Positions 14,371 to 27,949 of a DNA stretch of 64,000 nucleotides are shown here, in pieces (the stretch's first letter is position 1; each line of letters opens with the position of its first letter). Below the pieces are notes generated by a model, which made no database searches, had not been told where the DNA came from, and was given only the letters and a program-made list of their open reading frames with translations. This stretch comes from Spirogloea muscicola (lineage: Eukaryota), in NCBI GenBank assembly GCA_009602725.1, contig WELB01000011.1, positions 994,019-1,058,018 of the forward strand, written 5' to 3'. A program made the position numbers and the translations under genes.

Positions 14371-15964
14371 ATCCCCACTGGCAGCACCTCGCTTACAAGG
14401 AACGGCCGCCAATGGGAGCCAGCCAAATACTCAATCAGCTCCACAGGAAGGAGGCAGTGGCCGTGAGTGCCCCAACCCAAATCAGATGTTGCGGCCAGCT
14501 TATGCAGTAGCAAAGCTAAAGCTGAATTGACAGGTGTGTATAAATCGTGGGCTCTTCTAGTAGAGGAATGACTGGAAATGGCCAGCCTGACTGGACAAGC
14601 TAGAACAATACAGAAGAGCACCAATAAATGCGACTCAACAATGCAGGAGGCCTCAGTAACCAGTCAGAAGCCGAGTCGGACAGTAGCAGCAGGGAGGGCT
14701 TGTGAAGTGTAAGCCAGGACAACGATCAAACCCCCTTTTGTACTTCGCCTTTCAGGCCCTACATCACTCAGTACAGACTTATGCCTTGACCACCACCCCC
14801 GCCCTCAACCCCCAGATGATTACCCCGGGCTTGTTAGCACGTTAGCACTGGCACTGCTCAAGCTTTCGGCAGGCTCTCTCTTTCATACTCCTGTGCTGGT
14901 GAGACGGTTGCGGCTGCTAAAAGTAAGTTTGCTGTTGGAGGGATCCCCTCCGCCACCCCCCCCATTCACCTCCTTCGCTTCCTCCCCTGGTCTGACAGTC
15001 CAGCACTCCTTGGCCATGCTTGCAAGACTCCAGATCCTCGGCGCCACCAGCGGCCCACTGTGCTACTTTAGAGCTGCGCATCATAAGTATGGTGAAATAC
15101 AGGGGTCACAATTTGTGGGCAAGCATGGTGCCGCTTCTACTTCCAGCACTGCTAGCGATCTTGTCCCTGGGCGTGAGTGGCAGCCAGGGTTAATGGTTGC
15201 TCATCAAAACATTCTGTTGGCGTCCTCCAAGACACCATGGCTTACATACAATGCAATAGCAGATCTACTAGTAGCCGTGCATGACCACGTGTTGGCAGCC
15301 GACTCAGGACGAGTAAGACGAAGTGATCGTGCAGCTGACTGTGACCTTGGGGATAGCATTGACACAATCCATTAGGCTTGGGCGATTTCTCACCTAACAC
15401 GGCCACAAGCAGACGTCAACAGATTCCTGCCATCTCCAACTCAGGCTTTTAAACGTGTAATAATGCCAACACCCTGGTAGGACAACATTACCTCAAGTCA
15501 TTCAAGATATGAGAGCGTGAGGTCCTCTCACTTTGCACATTGAGCCCCCACCCTTAGCAATGCCTCTTCTAGCACCAGCTTTTGGCTTGAGTTTGTTTAC
15601 TGAAGATGGGTGTTCTTAACAGCGTCAAGCATGCGGGTTGCAGCCTATGGCACCCAACATTGTGAGCAAGCTGCTATCTTGTTGTCAAGCACTCCCTGAC
15701 ATTGTCGCAGCAAGACCTCATCATCCCTTTCCATAGCAAGAGCAGAACTGTATGACAGGGAGCAAAACACTACAAATGCGGAGGAGGCTACCTTACGGAA
15801 AATAATTACTTAGACCTGCAGCCATTCAGATCGATGCCTGGTTAGGCGGCAAGTCTGCAATTCAAAGCAACAACTGATTGGTTGACAAATACAAGTTCGC
15901 TTCCACCACGTTGGTAAGCTTACAACCCACACAGCTACCAGGGTTTTGATGTCAGCTGTTGGGC

Positions 15965-17025
15965 CTATTTGTACTTGTCCATGATGCGACGAGCATCGTC
16001 AAGAGCATTGCCTGAGCCTGAGCCACCATCTCCACTTGAGCTATCACTGTCTTCAGTACTGTTCCCACTACCTTGTGTGAAGTAGAGGAAACCAAGGTAT
16101 CCAGCACCTCCAAGCAACTGATTGAAAAGCCAATCCAGGGCTCAGTGACGACGCAAAAATTAGTGCGATGACATTGCACTGAATTTGTTATAGCTTGCAT
16201 CTAAGGCCCATGGTTGAAGCTGTCAGGCACTCTGGTTGTTTGACAGTGCATTGTAATATACATTGATCATGATGCACACTGCCACTGCGGTAAAGTTGCC
16301 CTCCCCTGCACAAGAGGGTAGTGATTCTTACAGCAATAAAGAAGAACGTCGAGAAGACTGTCCTCAGAATGGACGATACCAGGAAGAGACCAACGACCGC
16401 AACCCCTGCCGTAGCAATGGGTCGTGGGATTGAAGCCTGCAATAATCGTCAAGACAAGCCTTCAGCATCCCACAATGGCGTCAAATGTGGGGCTCTGCGT
16501 CTAGGTGCCTCAGGTCACCATACAAGATTAAACTGCGGTTTCAAGCAGCTAGAAGGGCTATTCATGGTGCCACTTTCATGCACTGCCTGCCCGGGACTGC
16601 TAGCGTGGCCTTAGAGCTGCCTTACGCACTGGAACAAGCTTGGTTGCTCCATTGAGGCCCTCCTTGCCAACTCGAATGGCCAAGTCCAGGACTGCAATGA
16701 CGTCAATAGCAGCAGAGCGTCAGCTGCGCTCATGGCGCAAATGAAACATGGCGCATTCGGGGACGTCGAGTGGTGTGCAATTTGCTTGAGAGTCGGAGCC
16801 ACATTGGAGCGTACCCCTCTCATTGTTGGACTTGGCGACGACATTGAGAGGCCTCCACCTCGGCGGAGCTCGGCTGCGAGAGCCAGACAGACGCGCCGCG
16901 CTGTAGGGCAACCCGCGGCGGCAAGACAGGCCCGCAGCCGGCGAGGCAAGGCGGCGGGACGAGGCCGCGAGCTGCCGGGCGGGCGCGGGCGCCGGAGCGG
17001 CGGCGAGGCCCGCGAGGGCCGACAT
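15965..17025 (-). CDS. Small plastid-targeted membrane protein of unknown function (3 exons)
   Basis: Exon 1 is a transit-like MSALAGLAAAPAP...LNVVAKSNNER. Exon 2 (~16332-16437) is hydrophobic ASIPRPIATAGVAVVGLFLVSSILRTVFSTFFFIA. Exon 3 (15965-16117) is LLGGAGYLGFLYF...NALDDARRIMDKYK*. Introns are GT-AG. Confidence 0.7.
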
Positions 17026-17274
17026 TGCGCGCGGGCGGGGTGGAGGAAGGTCGATTTGCTCGCCGCAACGGCGAGTGCGCGGGGGCAAGCCCGATGCGGG
17101 GGGGAGGGTGAGCCGGCGAGCCACTTGGCCGACACCACGTGGCGCCACACGTTCGCCCGCTCCGACCGCCCACTCAGGCCACACCGGTCGAGACGGCGGG
17201 TCCCCGGTCGCGGAAGCGAGCCGCTGGCTGCTTCGACGGGGGCCGGCGCCTTTCCCCACGTCCACCCCCTTTCG

Positions 17275-18470
17275 CTCGCTTTTGTGCTCACCCGTGGGTA
17301 CTAATGTCATCTTAGGTACCTTAGATTAGGTCTCCGTATTATGTAGCATTGTTTAGTCTGCACTCGACTCTGCCTGAACAATGTATTGGCTTGAATTGGC
17401 CTCCCTTTCAATTCATGCGCCCCGCGCGCCTTCTCTCTTTCGCTTGAACTGGCCACCCTTCCATTTCATGCGCACCGCGCGCCTTCGCTCGCAAAGGAGC
17501 ATCTCTTCCAATTCTGAACCCTACACCCTAAAACCTGAACCCTGAAGGCAGTGGCTCTGTGGAGTCTCTGTGTGATGTGGAGTCTGGACATGGTCGCCAT
17601 TCCCCGGAGCGCATGGGCCTGGCCTGCTCCAGAATTGCTCGCCCATAAGGAAGAGGGGCTGGGAAAGGCCAGCCAAAAAGAATGGACAAGGTCCAAAGAG
17701 CCAAACGGTGCCGAAAGAAAAACTACACAGCAAGACACGAGATGACGCAGATGGAAGCTTAGTTCCCACGAGTGGGCAGCAGCAAAGTCCGAGTACGCCA
17801 GGACGCAGTACTTATAGGCGCATACAAAGCTGGAGCACCCACGACAACTGTGCCTGGCTGGGCAACGTCCAGCGCGGAGCGCAGAAAGGAGAGGCATAAT
17901 AAGGACCACCCCCCGAGGAGACCACTTCTATCCGTCTGCCATGGGTGTTCACGGTGGCTACAGTCTGACATGGTCCTCCCTCATCCAGTCTGGCTCCGAC
18001 TGGTTGACGCGCGTTCTCGCAGTTGGGGGGGCAGATTGGGGAACACTAGCTTTCCGCAGGCATGTCACAGGATGAGGCTCTTCCGGCTCCCCAAGTTAGC
18101 TTGTCAAATTCGTATGTGCTCACCCGTTGGTCACACTGTTACTTCAGCCACCTTGGCATAAGAAGAAAGTGCTCGCCCTTTGAGGATGCTCACCCACTTT
18201 GGCATAAGGCTTCGTTTCAAGTAGCCCCCCTTTGTGCACTAGCTGTAGCCTTAGAACTTATCGGCTTGATTTGGCCTCCCTGTCGTGATTATGCGCACCG
18301 CGCGCCTTCTCCTTATTGCTGAAACACGGGGGTAGTGAGAGCGCGCTGTTTGCCTGGCCTGGGGCTCCGCTGATACAGTCTGTATCTGCTGATACAGTCT
18401 CGAGCACCCACTCGATACGCACCCGGCTGACTTCTACAGCCGCTTTGTATATAACAGCAGCCGCTTTCGC
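17275..18470. mobile_element. Cluster of truncated CRE-like retrotransposon 3' ends (families A, B, D) in a divergent promoter
   Basis: TTTGTGCTCACCCGTGGGTACTAA at 17281. Family-B ends at ~17415, 17467 and 18291. Reverse family-A hairpin at 17635-17700. 18315-18470 resembles the reverse complement of 55480-55645. Confidence 0.7.
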
Positions 18471-18795
18471 GGACGCAGCCCCCACGCTGCCGCCGCCACG
18501 CGTGCCGACGCCGGCGCTCCCTCGCGCTCGCGCGCTGCGGGCGGCCCCGGCGTCGGTGGCGCCCACGGTGCTGGTTGCGGCAGCGGCGGCGGCGGCGGCG
18601 GCGGCGGCTGCGGCGGCGGCGATGAGGCCGGAGGGAGCGTTGTTGCGGTGGGCCGCCGAGGGCGCCGTCTAGGGCGGGGGCAACAGCAGCTGCGGCGCTC
18701 CAGTGGGAAGCGCGCTTGGCTGCGAGCGTGCTCGCAGCCGTCTCGAGCGGCTGAGCCCCGCGGCGCCGGGGCCGCCGGGGGCAGTGCCAGAGGCC

Positions 18796-19410
18796 ATGGG
18801 GAACCAGGAGAAGCTGCTGGAGCAGATCTTCCAGCTGCGCTTCACGTCCAAGTCGCTGGTGCGGCAGTCCAAGAAGTGCGAGAAGGAGGAGAAGGAGGAG
18901 AAGCTCAAGGTGAAGCGGGCGATCGAGAAGGGCAACATGGACGGCGCGCGCATCTACGCCCAGAACGCCATCCGCAAGCGCACGGAGCAGCTTAACTACC
19001 TGCGCCTTGCCTCGCGCCTGGACGCCGTCGTCGCGCGCCTCGACTCGCAGGCCAAGATGAACGTCGTCACCAAGTCCATGGGCAACATCGTCAAGGCCCT
19101 CGACTCCGCGCTCGCCTCCAACAACCTCCAGAAGATCTCCGAGACCATGGACCAGTTCGAGAAGCAGTCGGACAACATGGAGGTGCAGTCGCAGTTCGTC
19201 CAGGCCGCCATGCAGGGCAGCACGTCGCTGTCCACGCCCGAGGACGACGTCAACTCCCTCATGCAGCAGGTGGCGGACGACCACGGCCTCGAGGTCTCCG
19301 TGGGCCTCCCACAGGCCGCGCGGCACTCGATCCCAGTCAAGGAGGAGCCGGAAATGTCTGCAGAGGACGACCTGACGAGACGGCTGGCGGAGCTGAAGAA
19401 CCGGGGTTGA
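18796..19410 (+). CDS. CHMP1: ESCRT-III associated protein CHMP1/VPS46/DID2 (Snf7 family), intronless, 204 aa
   Basis: [33 protein letters not shown]...[17 protein letters not shown]...[22 protein letters not shown]...[12 protein letters not shown] (MIM1 motif). Confidence 0.96.
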   Translation: MGNQEKLLEQIFQLRFTSKSLVRQSKKCEKEEKEEKLKVKRAIEKGNMDGARIYAQNAIRKRTEQLNYLRLASRLDAVVARLDSQAKMNVVTKSMGNIVKALDSALASNNLQKISETMDQFEKQSDNMEVQSQFVQAAMQGSTSLSTPEDDVNSLMQQVADDHGLEVSVGLPQAARHSIPVKEEPEMSAEDDLTRRLAELKNRG

Positions 19411-20062
19411 GCTGAGACACTCACTGGCGACTCCTCAGAGCAGCCACCAGCAATTAAATTTCTGAAGGCGCGCCCTGGCCAGCTCCCTCCCCTTCAGATG
19501 GACAACTGTTGTTGTCGTACTGCAACAGCTTTGATACTTATCTGCCGCGCACAGCAGGCTTGTGGTTGCAGCACTGCTTTCATTACTCTGACACCCTCCT
19601 CACTACGTCAACTTGCACTTGCTTGTCAGTGACTCCACTCTTGTGCAATCGCCATGCTTTTGATCACTCACAATACCCGGATAGAGCATGTAGGGCTCAA
19701 GTACACACTCAAGTTCCAGTGTGCATGCAGCTGCAGCATTGCCCTCCTTGACGTGGTAGGGTGCTGCAAAGATCCATGGTTGTACCTCAATAATAGTACT
19801 GGCGGCATTTGCCTACTTACTGGGCCCCCTCGAACACTCGGGCAAAACACGAGAAGGGCTTGGCATGCAACTTCAGGCCCCAATGTGTGATTCTCATGGT
19901 TGCCGCTCTTACTTAAGCTGCAGTGCCTCATTTTATTCAGCCATAGCCGGAGCTGTTGTTTGTGAATTGCGGTCTCATGAGAGAGCAAAGCAAGCTGAAG
20001 TGGAAACGTGAGCACCTTAAATTTGCACGCAGCTGAACAGTAGCTGCCACCCTTGGGAAACA

Positions 20063-22703
20063 TCAGTGTCTTCTATCAACAGTCACAGGGCTCAGGACTA
20101 CCGGGCCTTCCACAAAATCCACGAATGCAGGACCTTCAACGACCTCCTCCTGGGCAACGAGCTCCAGAAAGGCCTCTTCACTGCAGCCCAGCATCCAAGG
20201 CAAGCTGCACTTGAGGCCAGCTGCCTGGACCTTTTCGTAACGTGGCCGTAGCCGTTCAACACTGAACATGAAGTAGGCCGGATACTCGGCAGCCTCGACC
20301 AGCGGCCGCCGCATGATGTCCACAAGGAAGTCCAGACGCGGAGCTAGCGAGGCAGTGATGCTCAGGCCTAGGATCTGAGGACATGCCGCGACCATACCCG
20401 CCACTTGCGCTGCTGTAAAGCCCCGCTCTACTAGGAAGGATAACTTGGTCCTTGCATGCTCCTCATCAATCGCCAAAATCTGCGGTAGCCTTGTAACGAC
20501 CTGTGCAACCTGGTTCTTATGGACGCCCACTTCATCGACCAGCCAGGCGGCCTTACGGGCCAGCACCTGGCTCATGGCCAGACCCAAGAAGTCAGGAAAT
20601 TTGGCGACGACTGCACCAACCGCGTCTGCTTGTACGCCAGCCTGCCATTGCACACAGCAGAACCCACTGCCCCAATCACTGGGATTGCCACGGAAGAATA
20701 GATGTGAACAAGGAGTGTGGAGCAAAGACAGCTATAGCGATGACAAATCCTATACTTTGTACAGCGCATAGCTTCACAGCATCAAGCCACTACCCAAAGA
20801 AGAGGCCCCGTTGACCTACAGCCTATCACAGCTTGGTGCACCTGTTACGTTTAGGGTTACACCATGATGGCTTATTTGCATCGCTCAGGTCTACTTAAAG
20901 GGCTGTTGGACGCAAAAGATCCTGATTTATCACCTCCAGCAGCGCTTGCACAGTTGGCCGGAGTTGCGTTTCCAAAGGGAGCATGAGTATTTGAGGTTGT
21001 CGCTCTATAATTTGGGCAACCTTTTCCTTGGTGATCCCAAGCCCAACAAGAAAGCCCACCTTGGGCAGCAGGTCCTCACCGACTGGCATGCCCAGGATCT
21101 CTGCATGCAACACTCTAAATTCATTCTCCTAAGCACAAACTCCACTGTCTTATGCATAAACCCACAATGCAAGGAGGTCAGCACAACTGCTGGGCTCTGG
21201 CACCTGGGCACTCAGTGACAATGCCGCCAACTGAGCGCAGCGCCACGCCAACACTCACGAGGTAGGCAACCGCCGTGCTCATATTCCCCTCCAGCTTTGA
21301 ACCTGCAGTACAGCAATGAAGAAGGCGGTAAGAGGGTAAGAAAGTAGAAATACAGAACTCCACTTCAGCACTGACCTCAGCTGTTCGAAGACGGAAAGAC
21401 ACAACTAGAAAGAGAGACAAGATAAGTCATCAGACTCCCATGGTTGTGCAAGGAGCCATGCAGCCTTGCGCACTCCAACCCATGATTCTCTGCAGCTACT
21501 CGCTTCAACGAAGGTGCTTATAGTGCGCAAAGACTACCTAAGATCTGGGGGTAGCAGGCCAGGACTCTTTCCAGGTTGGGCTTCTGGACGCCGAGGCCAA
21601 GGAGGAAGTTGACAACGGGCATCAGGTCCACAACCACACTCGAGTAAAGGATGCGGGGGTACTTCTGCACAATCAAAGGCAGGCTCGCCCGGCTGACGGG
21701 GATTGAATCGAGGTAGTCAAGAACAGGGATGAAATTTCTGCACGCCTGACAGTGCGCATGGTCGGTCAGAGGTTGCCTTCAGACACAGCCTGCGAGCTCT
21801 GTGACGCTATGGTGGAAATCACATTGCCAGGCACGATGCAGGGACAGTGTGTACCGCGAGATGCTGCAGCCGAGGAGCGGCGGGAAGTCCTGGGCAGCCT
21901 TGATGACGTCCACGCCAAGCTCCCGGAGGAACTCCAGCCGCTCCTCCATGATGGCCACGTCCGAAGGCAGCGCCAGGTCCTCAAAGAGCCCCACTGGCAG
22001 CCCCTGCCAAGCCCAACAGCCGCCATAGGAGCTCAGCGCCCCCGCTGCCAAAAGGCACGCCATTGGCCGCAAACGTGAAGGGCATCCAGACAGCTGCCCA
22101 TTGGGGCTAGGGACGTCGAGAGCGTCCCATCAGAGGGCGTGCTAATGTCGTCCGAACCCACGCCGGATTACATAAGACCAGGTGGTATTATATCAATGAT
22201 GGATATGTATATATGATGTATATATGTGTGAAATCAACCAAAACCAGTACAGCCGAGCTCTCAAGTGAAAGACAGGGCACGTGGACGGCCAGAGAGGTGA
22301 CGAGGGGGGCTGCTCAGGGTGAGGGCTTGCCTGGCGCTCCAGGAAGTCCAGCACGTCGGCGCGCCCCGTCTCCTCGCCCGCGGCTCCCCTGCCGGACGGC
22401 GGCGGCGGCGGCAGGACTGCTCAGGCCGCCGCGCAGATCATGCAGCGGCATTAGGCGCGGCTGGCAGGCCCGGCACTGAGCGACGGTACAAGCGCGGCGC
22501 AGGCGCTCGCGGCGGCGCACCTGAGGACGCCGGGCGCGGCGGCAAGGCCCGCACGCCCGTGGCTAGCCGGAACTTGGCGCGGGTCCGGCGCGTCCTTGCC
22601 GGAGCTGCCACGGTGTCGGCCGCCACGAACAAGAGGCGCCGCCACGCTGCCGCGGCGGGCAAGCCCGCCCAAAGCCGCTGCGCCGCCGCCGTGGCCGTCG
22701 CCG
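20063..22703 (-). CDS. mTERF4: mTERF4/BSM-like plastid mTERF protein; 5' end uncertain (near the gap)
   Basis: LPSDVAIMEERLEFLRELG...FPPLLGCS...FIPVLDYL...YPRILYSSVVVDLMPVVNFLLGL...KLEGNMSTAVAYLVSVGV...RLRPRY...CSLPWMLGCSEEAF matches the plant mTERF4 pattern. Confidence 0.85.
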
Positions 22704-23051
22704 NNNNNNNNNNNNNNNNNNNNNNNNNNNNNNNNNNNNNNNNNNNNNNNNNNNNNNNNNNNNNNNNNNNNNNNNNNNNNNNNNNNNNNNNNNNNNNNNN
22801 NNNNNNNNNNNNNNNNNNNNNNNNNNNNNNNNNNNNNNNNNNNNNNNNNNNNNNNNNNNNNNNNNNNNNNNNNNNNNNNNNNNNNNNNNNNNNNNNNNNN
22901 NNNNNNNNNNNNNNNNNNNNNNNNNNNNNNNNNNNNNNNNNNNNNNNNNNNNNNNNNNNNNNNNNNNNNNNNNNNNNNNNCGCTCGCCTTGCCCGGGCGG
23001 CGGCGGCGGCGGCTTCGCCGGGCCTGCTGCTGCGGCGCTCCGGCCGGCGCC

Positions 23052-24415
23052 ATGGGCTGCGTCGGCTCCAAGACCAACGACGACGACGACGGCAACGTCG
23101 GCGGCGGCGGCCGAGCCAACGGCGGCGCCGCCGGGGGCAAGGCTCGAGGTCCGTCTCCCGTCTCCCGGGCGGGCGTCACAGAGCGCAGCCCGCGTGGCTC
23201 AATTTTCCGGTCGCCGATGCGGCAGGCGCTGCCATCGTCTGTGACACCTTTCGCACTTTGCAATGCTACGGTGGCTCTCATACCGGAGGCTGGACGCGCC
23301 TCGGTCTCGCCCGCAGCCGGAGCCTGTGACGGCTCCGGCGGTGGCGGCGGCGTCGGCGGCGGCTGCGGCGGCGGCGTCCCTTGCTGCTCTGGCGCTGAGC
23401 TCAGCACGCCTCCGCCAAGGGCTACAATGACTGCGGGCAGCGGCGGCGGCGGCGTGGCCTGCAGACGGGCCGCGCAAAAAGCTGAAGCGGCCCAAGCCGT
23501 GGAAGAGCCCTGAGCCGCTGACGCCTGCCCAGCTCCACCGCATGCGCGACGAGTTCTGGGACACGGCGCCTGCATACGGCGGCCAGAGAGGTCAGCGCTG
23601 CAGACTCGCGCGCCACTTCTGCTGTTGTCGGTGTCAGCCATGCAGTCCTCGCTGAGTGTCGAGACAGACCGCACCGTCTGCATGCTGCGCTCCCCAGCAA
23701 GCGCCTCCGAGGCCCACCTTGCTCACGCACAACACCGTCGTGATGCTTGCGTCATGTCAAGTCAAGTCGGCGAGCTTCAGACTATAGCAGCCCTTCTTGG
23801 GCAGCAGGCTAGTGTTCGTTTCTGCAAGAAATTTCTGTTCATCTTGGCATTAGAAGCTGTTCTCCTTGCACGCGGCTTGCTTGCGTCCCGTGCATTGTGG
23901 TCAACATTTGACTGTCCATCTGCCCTGCAGAGATATGGGACGCGCTCCGCGCAGCGGCCGAAGCCGACCTCCAACTCGCGCAGGTCATTGTTGACAGCGC
24001 AGGCATCATCGTGGCATATGATGACCTCTCCACATGCTACGACGAGCGGGGTACGCCATTGGCACCATCTCACCTTGGCTATCAGTATTCACTGCCAGCA
24101 TGCACTCGTCAGCTCTTCCGCTTCAGACTGTGCTGCCCATAATATCATTACTCTGTCTCTGTCAAAGAGGGTCGCCAGTCAGCACCACACTTGTGCCACA
24201 AGACGTTCAGAAGTGGAGGGCATGGGGCATTGCCAGCGGACTGCTTGCATGAGTGCAATGGTTAATTAGCAGGTAGGTGAAGTTGTCAGTCCTGTATGTT
24301 GTGTTGATCGCTCTGATGTAGCCTCTGTTGGTGGTCCCCAGGAGCCAAATATGACCTGCCGAATTACGTCCTAAGTGAGCCAACCAACATGGTGTCTGAG
24401 CCGGAGCAGTCCTGA
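23052..24415 (+). CDS. Ubiquitin domain-containing protein (UBTD/DC-UbP N-terminal ubiquitin-binding domain) with N-myristoylation motif
   Basis: Exons: MGCVGSK...; [58 protein letters not shown]...[22 protein letters not shown]...*. Stop at 24413-24415. Confidence 0.9.
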
Positions 24416-25160
24416 CCCCTATGGCTGATCAGGAGGTGCTCATGCCAGCAGCCGTGTGACAATGCATGCGGCAGCATGACCTGTCAGTGGGCTCCATCAC
24501 CTTGAGCACTTCATGATCGGGACGTAGCCGCTCTCTCCTAGCTTGCTTGCTTGTGGCCTGAAAGGGCAGCCAGCTGGTGCTAGTGGAAGACTGTGTGATA
24601 CTGACGTTTCTGAGGCTTTATGTCCGGCACCAGATACTTACACCGTTATTCATTATTGTCTTCAGTGCAGTCGTGGCTTCTTTTCAAAGTTGCACGCTGT
24701 CATCCGCTTTATTGACATGCAAGTGCGTTGTTTTGCTCAGGCTGTTAGCCAGCGTCTCTGCTACCGACCCTTTGTTGCAGGAGCAATTGCCACAGCCAAG
24801 CACTGTCTTCACTCACCACCCAATGTAGCAGAGAGCACCTGCAGGCTTTGTGCAGAGCATGCACTACTGATGACAGCTACAGCTGGTGACAGCTGCAGCA
24901 CTGCACAGCAGCCAGTCGACCACCGAGCCCTTCATTGCAGTCCTGATCACTTGCACATGGGGGCGGACGTAGAGGATTGGACTCCCTAACACTAGGAGCG
25001 CGGCTGCTATTAAACTGACTTCAGAGATGGCGAGCTTCGATTGCCCCTACACCAGTGGCTCGCACTGGGCACTCAGAAATCGGTAGGGTGTTGCAGGAGC
25101 CAAGGATTCACGTGAAAATGTGAGGACCACATCTGCTGTGGGGTGAGTAAGCGCCACAGG

Positions 25161-26908
25161 TCAGGACTGTGGTATTGAGTTGCAGTTCCGTGCGAGCTCT
25201 TCACGGAAGAACTTCACAAACCTGCTCTGCTGGCCCGCTGTATTGACTTGCACATTGCGATCTCGTGAGACCAACCGCAGCAGAATGTCGCCTGTCTGCC
25301 TGCTATGTCGCAGCAGCAGCTCAGCTGTCAGAATTTCCCGCTGCTCCTCTGTCAGGTCGCCATGAAATCCCTGGCAGGAAGGCCGCTGTAACAAATCAAA
25401 TCCTGCAAAGTCGTGGGCTTCCCCTTCGTATATCCATGAGCATGAGCACTTTCTCAAACTGCTGTGAAAGGACAGCTTCTAGGTTTGGCGGCATACCTGC
25501 TGGAGAATTCGGCTGCGAGCTGCATGATGCAGAATGATCCCAGCAGCAACGGAGATATTGAATGAGTCCACCATGCCGCCGATGGGGATGCTGCACCGCA
25601 CGTCCGACAGCTGCACAGCTTTGTCACTCACGCCCCTGCAAAAGCCAAGACTGAGGAAACCTGATGTAAACTTCAAAGACCATGACCAACAGCACTGAGA
25701 TTGAGAGGGTCTGCTCCTAGCTGAAGGCAGAAACCTTACACGCGACACAGCATGAAAATATGCATCTTCCACATGCTACTACTCGAGCTATTGTGAGTAG
25801 ACTGGACAACAAGGGCCACAAGCTTGCAAGCTTCCCCAACCAAGGTGCGTAGCTATTACACTAATGTGCTTGCATTCACCGTAGCTGCAGTTGAGGACTG
25901 GCAAGATGCAGAGACTTGTGCAGTGACGCAGCAAGGCATAGGGAGCTGCAAGCGCACTCCTTCTCATTCCCGAGTATGACGGCGGTGGGAATGGTCCAGT
26001 CCATGTCGTAGATGGGAACCTGCAGCGCAGTCTCCAGCGAAGGCCTTTAAGATGCCGCAAGTGCCAGGAGCGCAAAGCAGCGCAATCGTACCTCAGCGAA
26101 AATCCCACATCTGCTGATTCCAACTCAAAGAGAATGGCTATCCCACAGAGACCAGCGGGGCTGTGGATCCCTCAGCAGCACTCCAGTCGCGGCAAACCGC
26201 GTGCTATACAAGGGCCGCCTTTGCAGCGATGAAGATGTGGACTCCCAGGCGGCCAGCAGGGCAGGAGCTGCCAGCCTACCGAGTCGGGGGCGATGACGGT
26301 GACAGCGATCCGGTAGCCACGGGCCCGCAGGCTGCGGATGCAGCTCTCGGTGCCCTCCCACAGCTCCACGTCCAGCCACTTGTCCGAGCCCATGCTCACG
26401 CTGCGGTTCTTCTTGAACCTGGGAGCCAGTGGCACACGCTCTCTCCCTCAACGTCAATGGCAGGGCGCAGGCTGACGACCGTACGCTTTGGCACAAGCGT
26501 ACGAGGCCCTAATCAGTATAGCCAGTACTGCATATGTTGGTAAACATGAAATCCCAATTACAACATGCAGTCTACCAGACCGTGGACTGAGAATTGGGCA
26601 CTGCAGCCTCGAGGCGGACGGCCAACTGCCGGTCCCAGCAAGCGAGGGACGGCGGCGGCAGTCGCTGGCCGCACCGCTGGTTGCGGGCGGTGTCGATGAC
26701 GTGGAGGCCCTGGCAGCCCAGCGCCTCGGCGGTGCGGCAGACGGCGCCGATGTTGCCCAGGTCCACCAGGCCCTCCACGACCGGCAGCACCGAGTACGTG
26801 CGGCCCGCCGCAACGCCCGCGATGCGCGCCCGCCGCTCGTCGCCCACGAACGGCGCCAGCATCGCCACCACCTGCGCCGCCGTCAGCGGCGCCCCCGCGC
26901 CGCCGACG
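25161..26908 (-). CDS. trmH: SpoU/TrmH family tRNA (Gm18) 2'-O-methyltransferase; 5' end abuts poly(A) and a gap
   Basis: RTYSVLPVVEGLVDLGNIGAVCRTAEALG, SMGSDKWLDVE, IVILGNEK-like segment, CSIPIGGMVDSFNISVAAGIILHHA (SPOUT motifs), GDLTEEQREIL. Confidence 0.88.
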
Positions 26909-27025
<117 letters not shown>

Positions 27026-27261
27026 NNNNNNNNNNNNNNNNNNNNNNNNNNNNNNNNNNNNNNNNNNNNNNNNNNNNNNNNNNNNNNNNNNNNNNNNNNN
27101 NNNNNNNNNNNNNNNNNNNNNNNNNNNNNNNNNNNNNNNNNNNNNNNNNNNNNNNNNNNNNNNNNNNNNNNNNNNNNNNNNNNNNNNNNNNNNNNNNNNN
27201 NNNNNNNNNNNNNNNNNNNNNNNNNNNNNNNNNNNNNNNNNNNNNNNNNNNNNNNNNNNNN

Positions 27262-27812
27262 GACAAATGTACGTCACCTGCTGCTAAGCTGACCCGCTCA
27301 GTAACCACGAGTCAGCACTTAGAGGTCGCTAGCTGACGCTCGAATACCGGACGGCAATTGACTAGCTCTTGTGCCAGCAGCTAAGGCTCGACCAGCTTTC
27401 TGATGCAGAGCATACGCCTGAGCTCGTTGTAGACAGGTTGACACTCGACGTCGCAGAAATGACAGATAGGCTGCCGGCATACCCATCTGGGCTGGGAGCA
27501 TATCCTCGCGTCGTGCATATCCCAGACTCGCTATGTTCTCGAGTAGGGTATGGAAGCGAGGACCCGAGCAGCCGAAAATGTCGATTGCGGCCGGGAGAAG
27601 GTGGTCGCTGCGGGGGTAGTCAGAGTAGTGTCGGAGCTTTCTCTGCTCAGCACCTCCCACTCCGTGGCCAGCAATGTGTGTAAGCGGAACTTTTATATGC
27701 CTCGGTCACCACCACATCCGCCAAGGCTCGTGGGCCTCCGCCAGGTTGTACACCCATAATGTCCAGGGTGCGACGGTGATGGCGACCCTGGGAATCCGTG
27801 GTGATGGGCATT
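27262..27812 (-). mobile_element. 5'-truncated CRE-like non-LTR retrotransposon, family C (RLE endonuclease C-terminus and 3' UTR)
   Basis: MPITTDSQGRHHRRTLDIMGVQPGGGPRALADVVVTE...EQRKLRHY...LRRRVSTCLQRAQAYALHQK...SDL*VLTRGY* is similar to the copies at 60298-60930 and 62900-63403. Confidence 0.85.
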
Positions 27813-27949
27813 AAGGCGCGAGAGAAGGCGCGCGCGGTGCGTTATCAAATAAGGGGGTGGCCAACGGTTCAAGCCAATGCATGGTTCGGGCAAAAGCGAG
27901 TGGACAACTTGGGAAGGTGGGCTCATGAATATTTAGAGGGAGCCACAGA

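Noticed and set aside
14500..15900. Possible decayed element, ribozyme or ORF 14893-15375
   Set aside because: No complete hammerhead core, snoRNA box pair or protein motif could be supported.
18313..19326. 337-aa antisense ORF over CHMP1
   Set aside because: Expected antisense open frame from high GC3 codon bias; no motifs.
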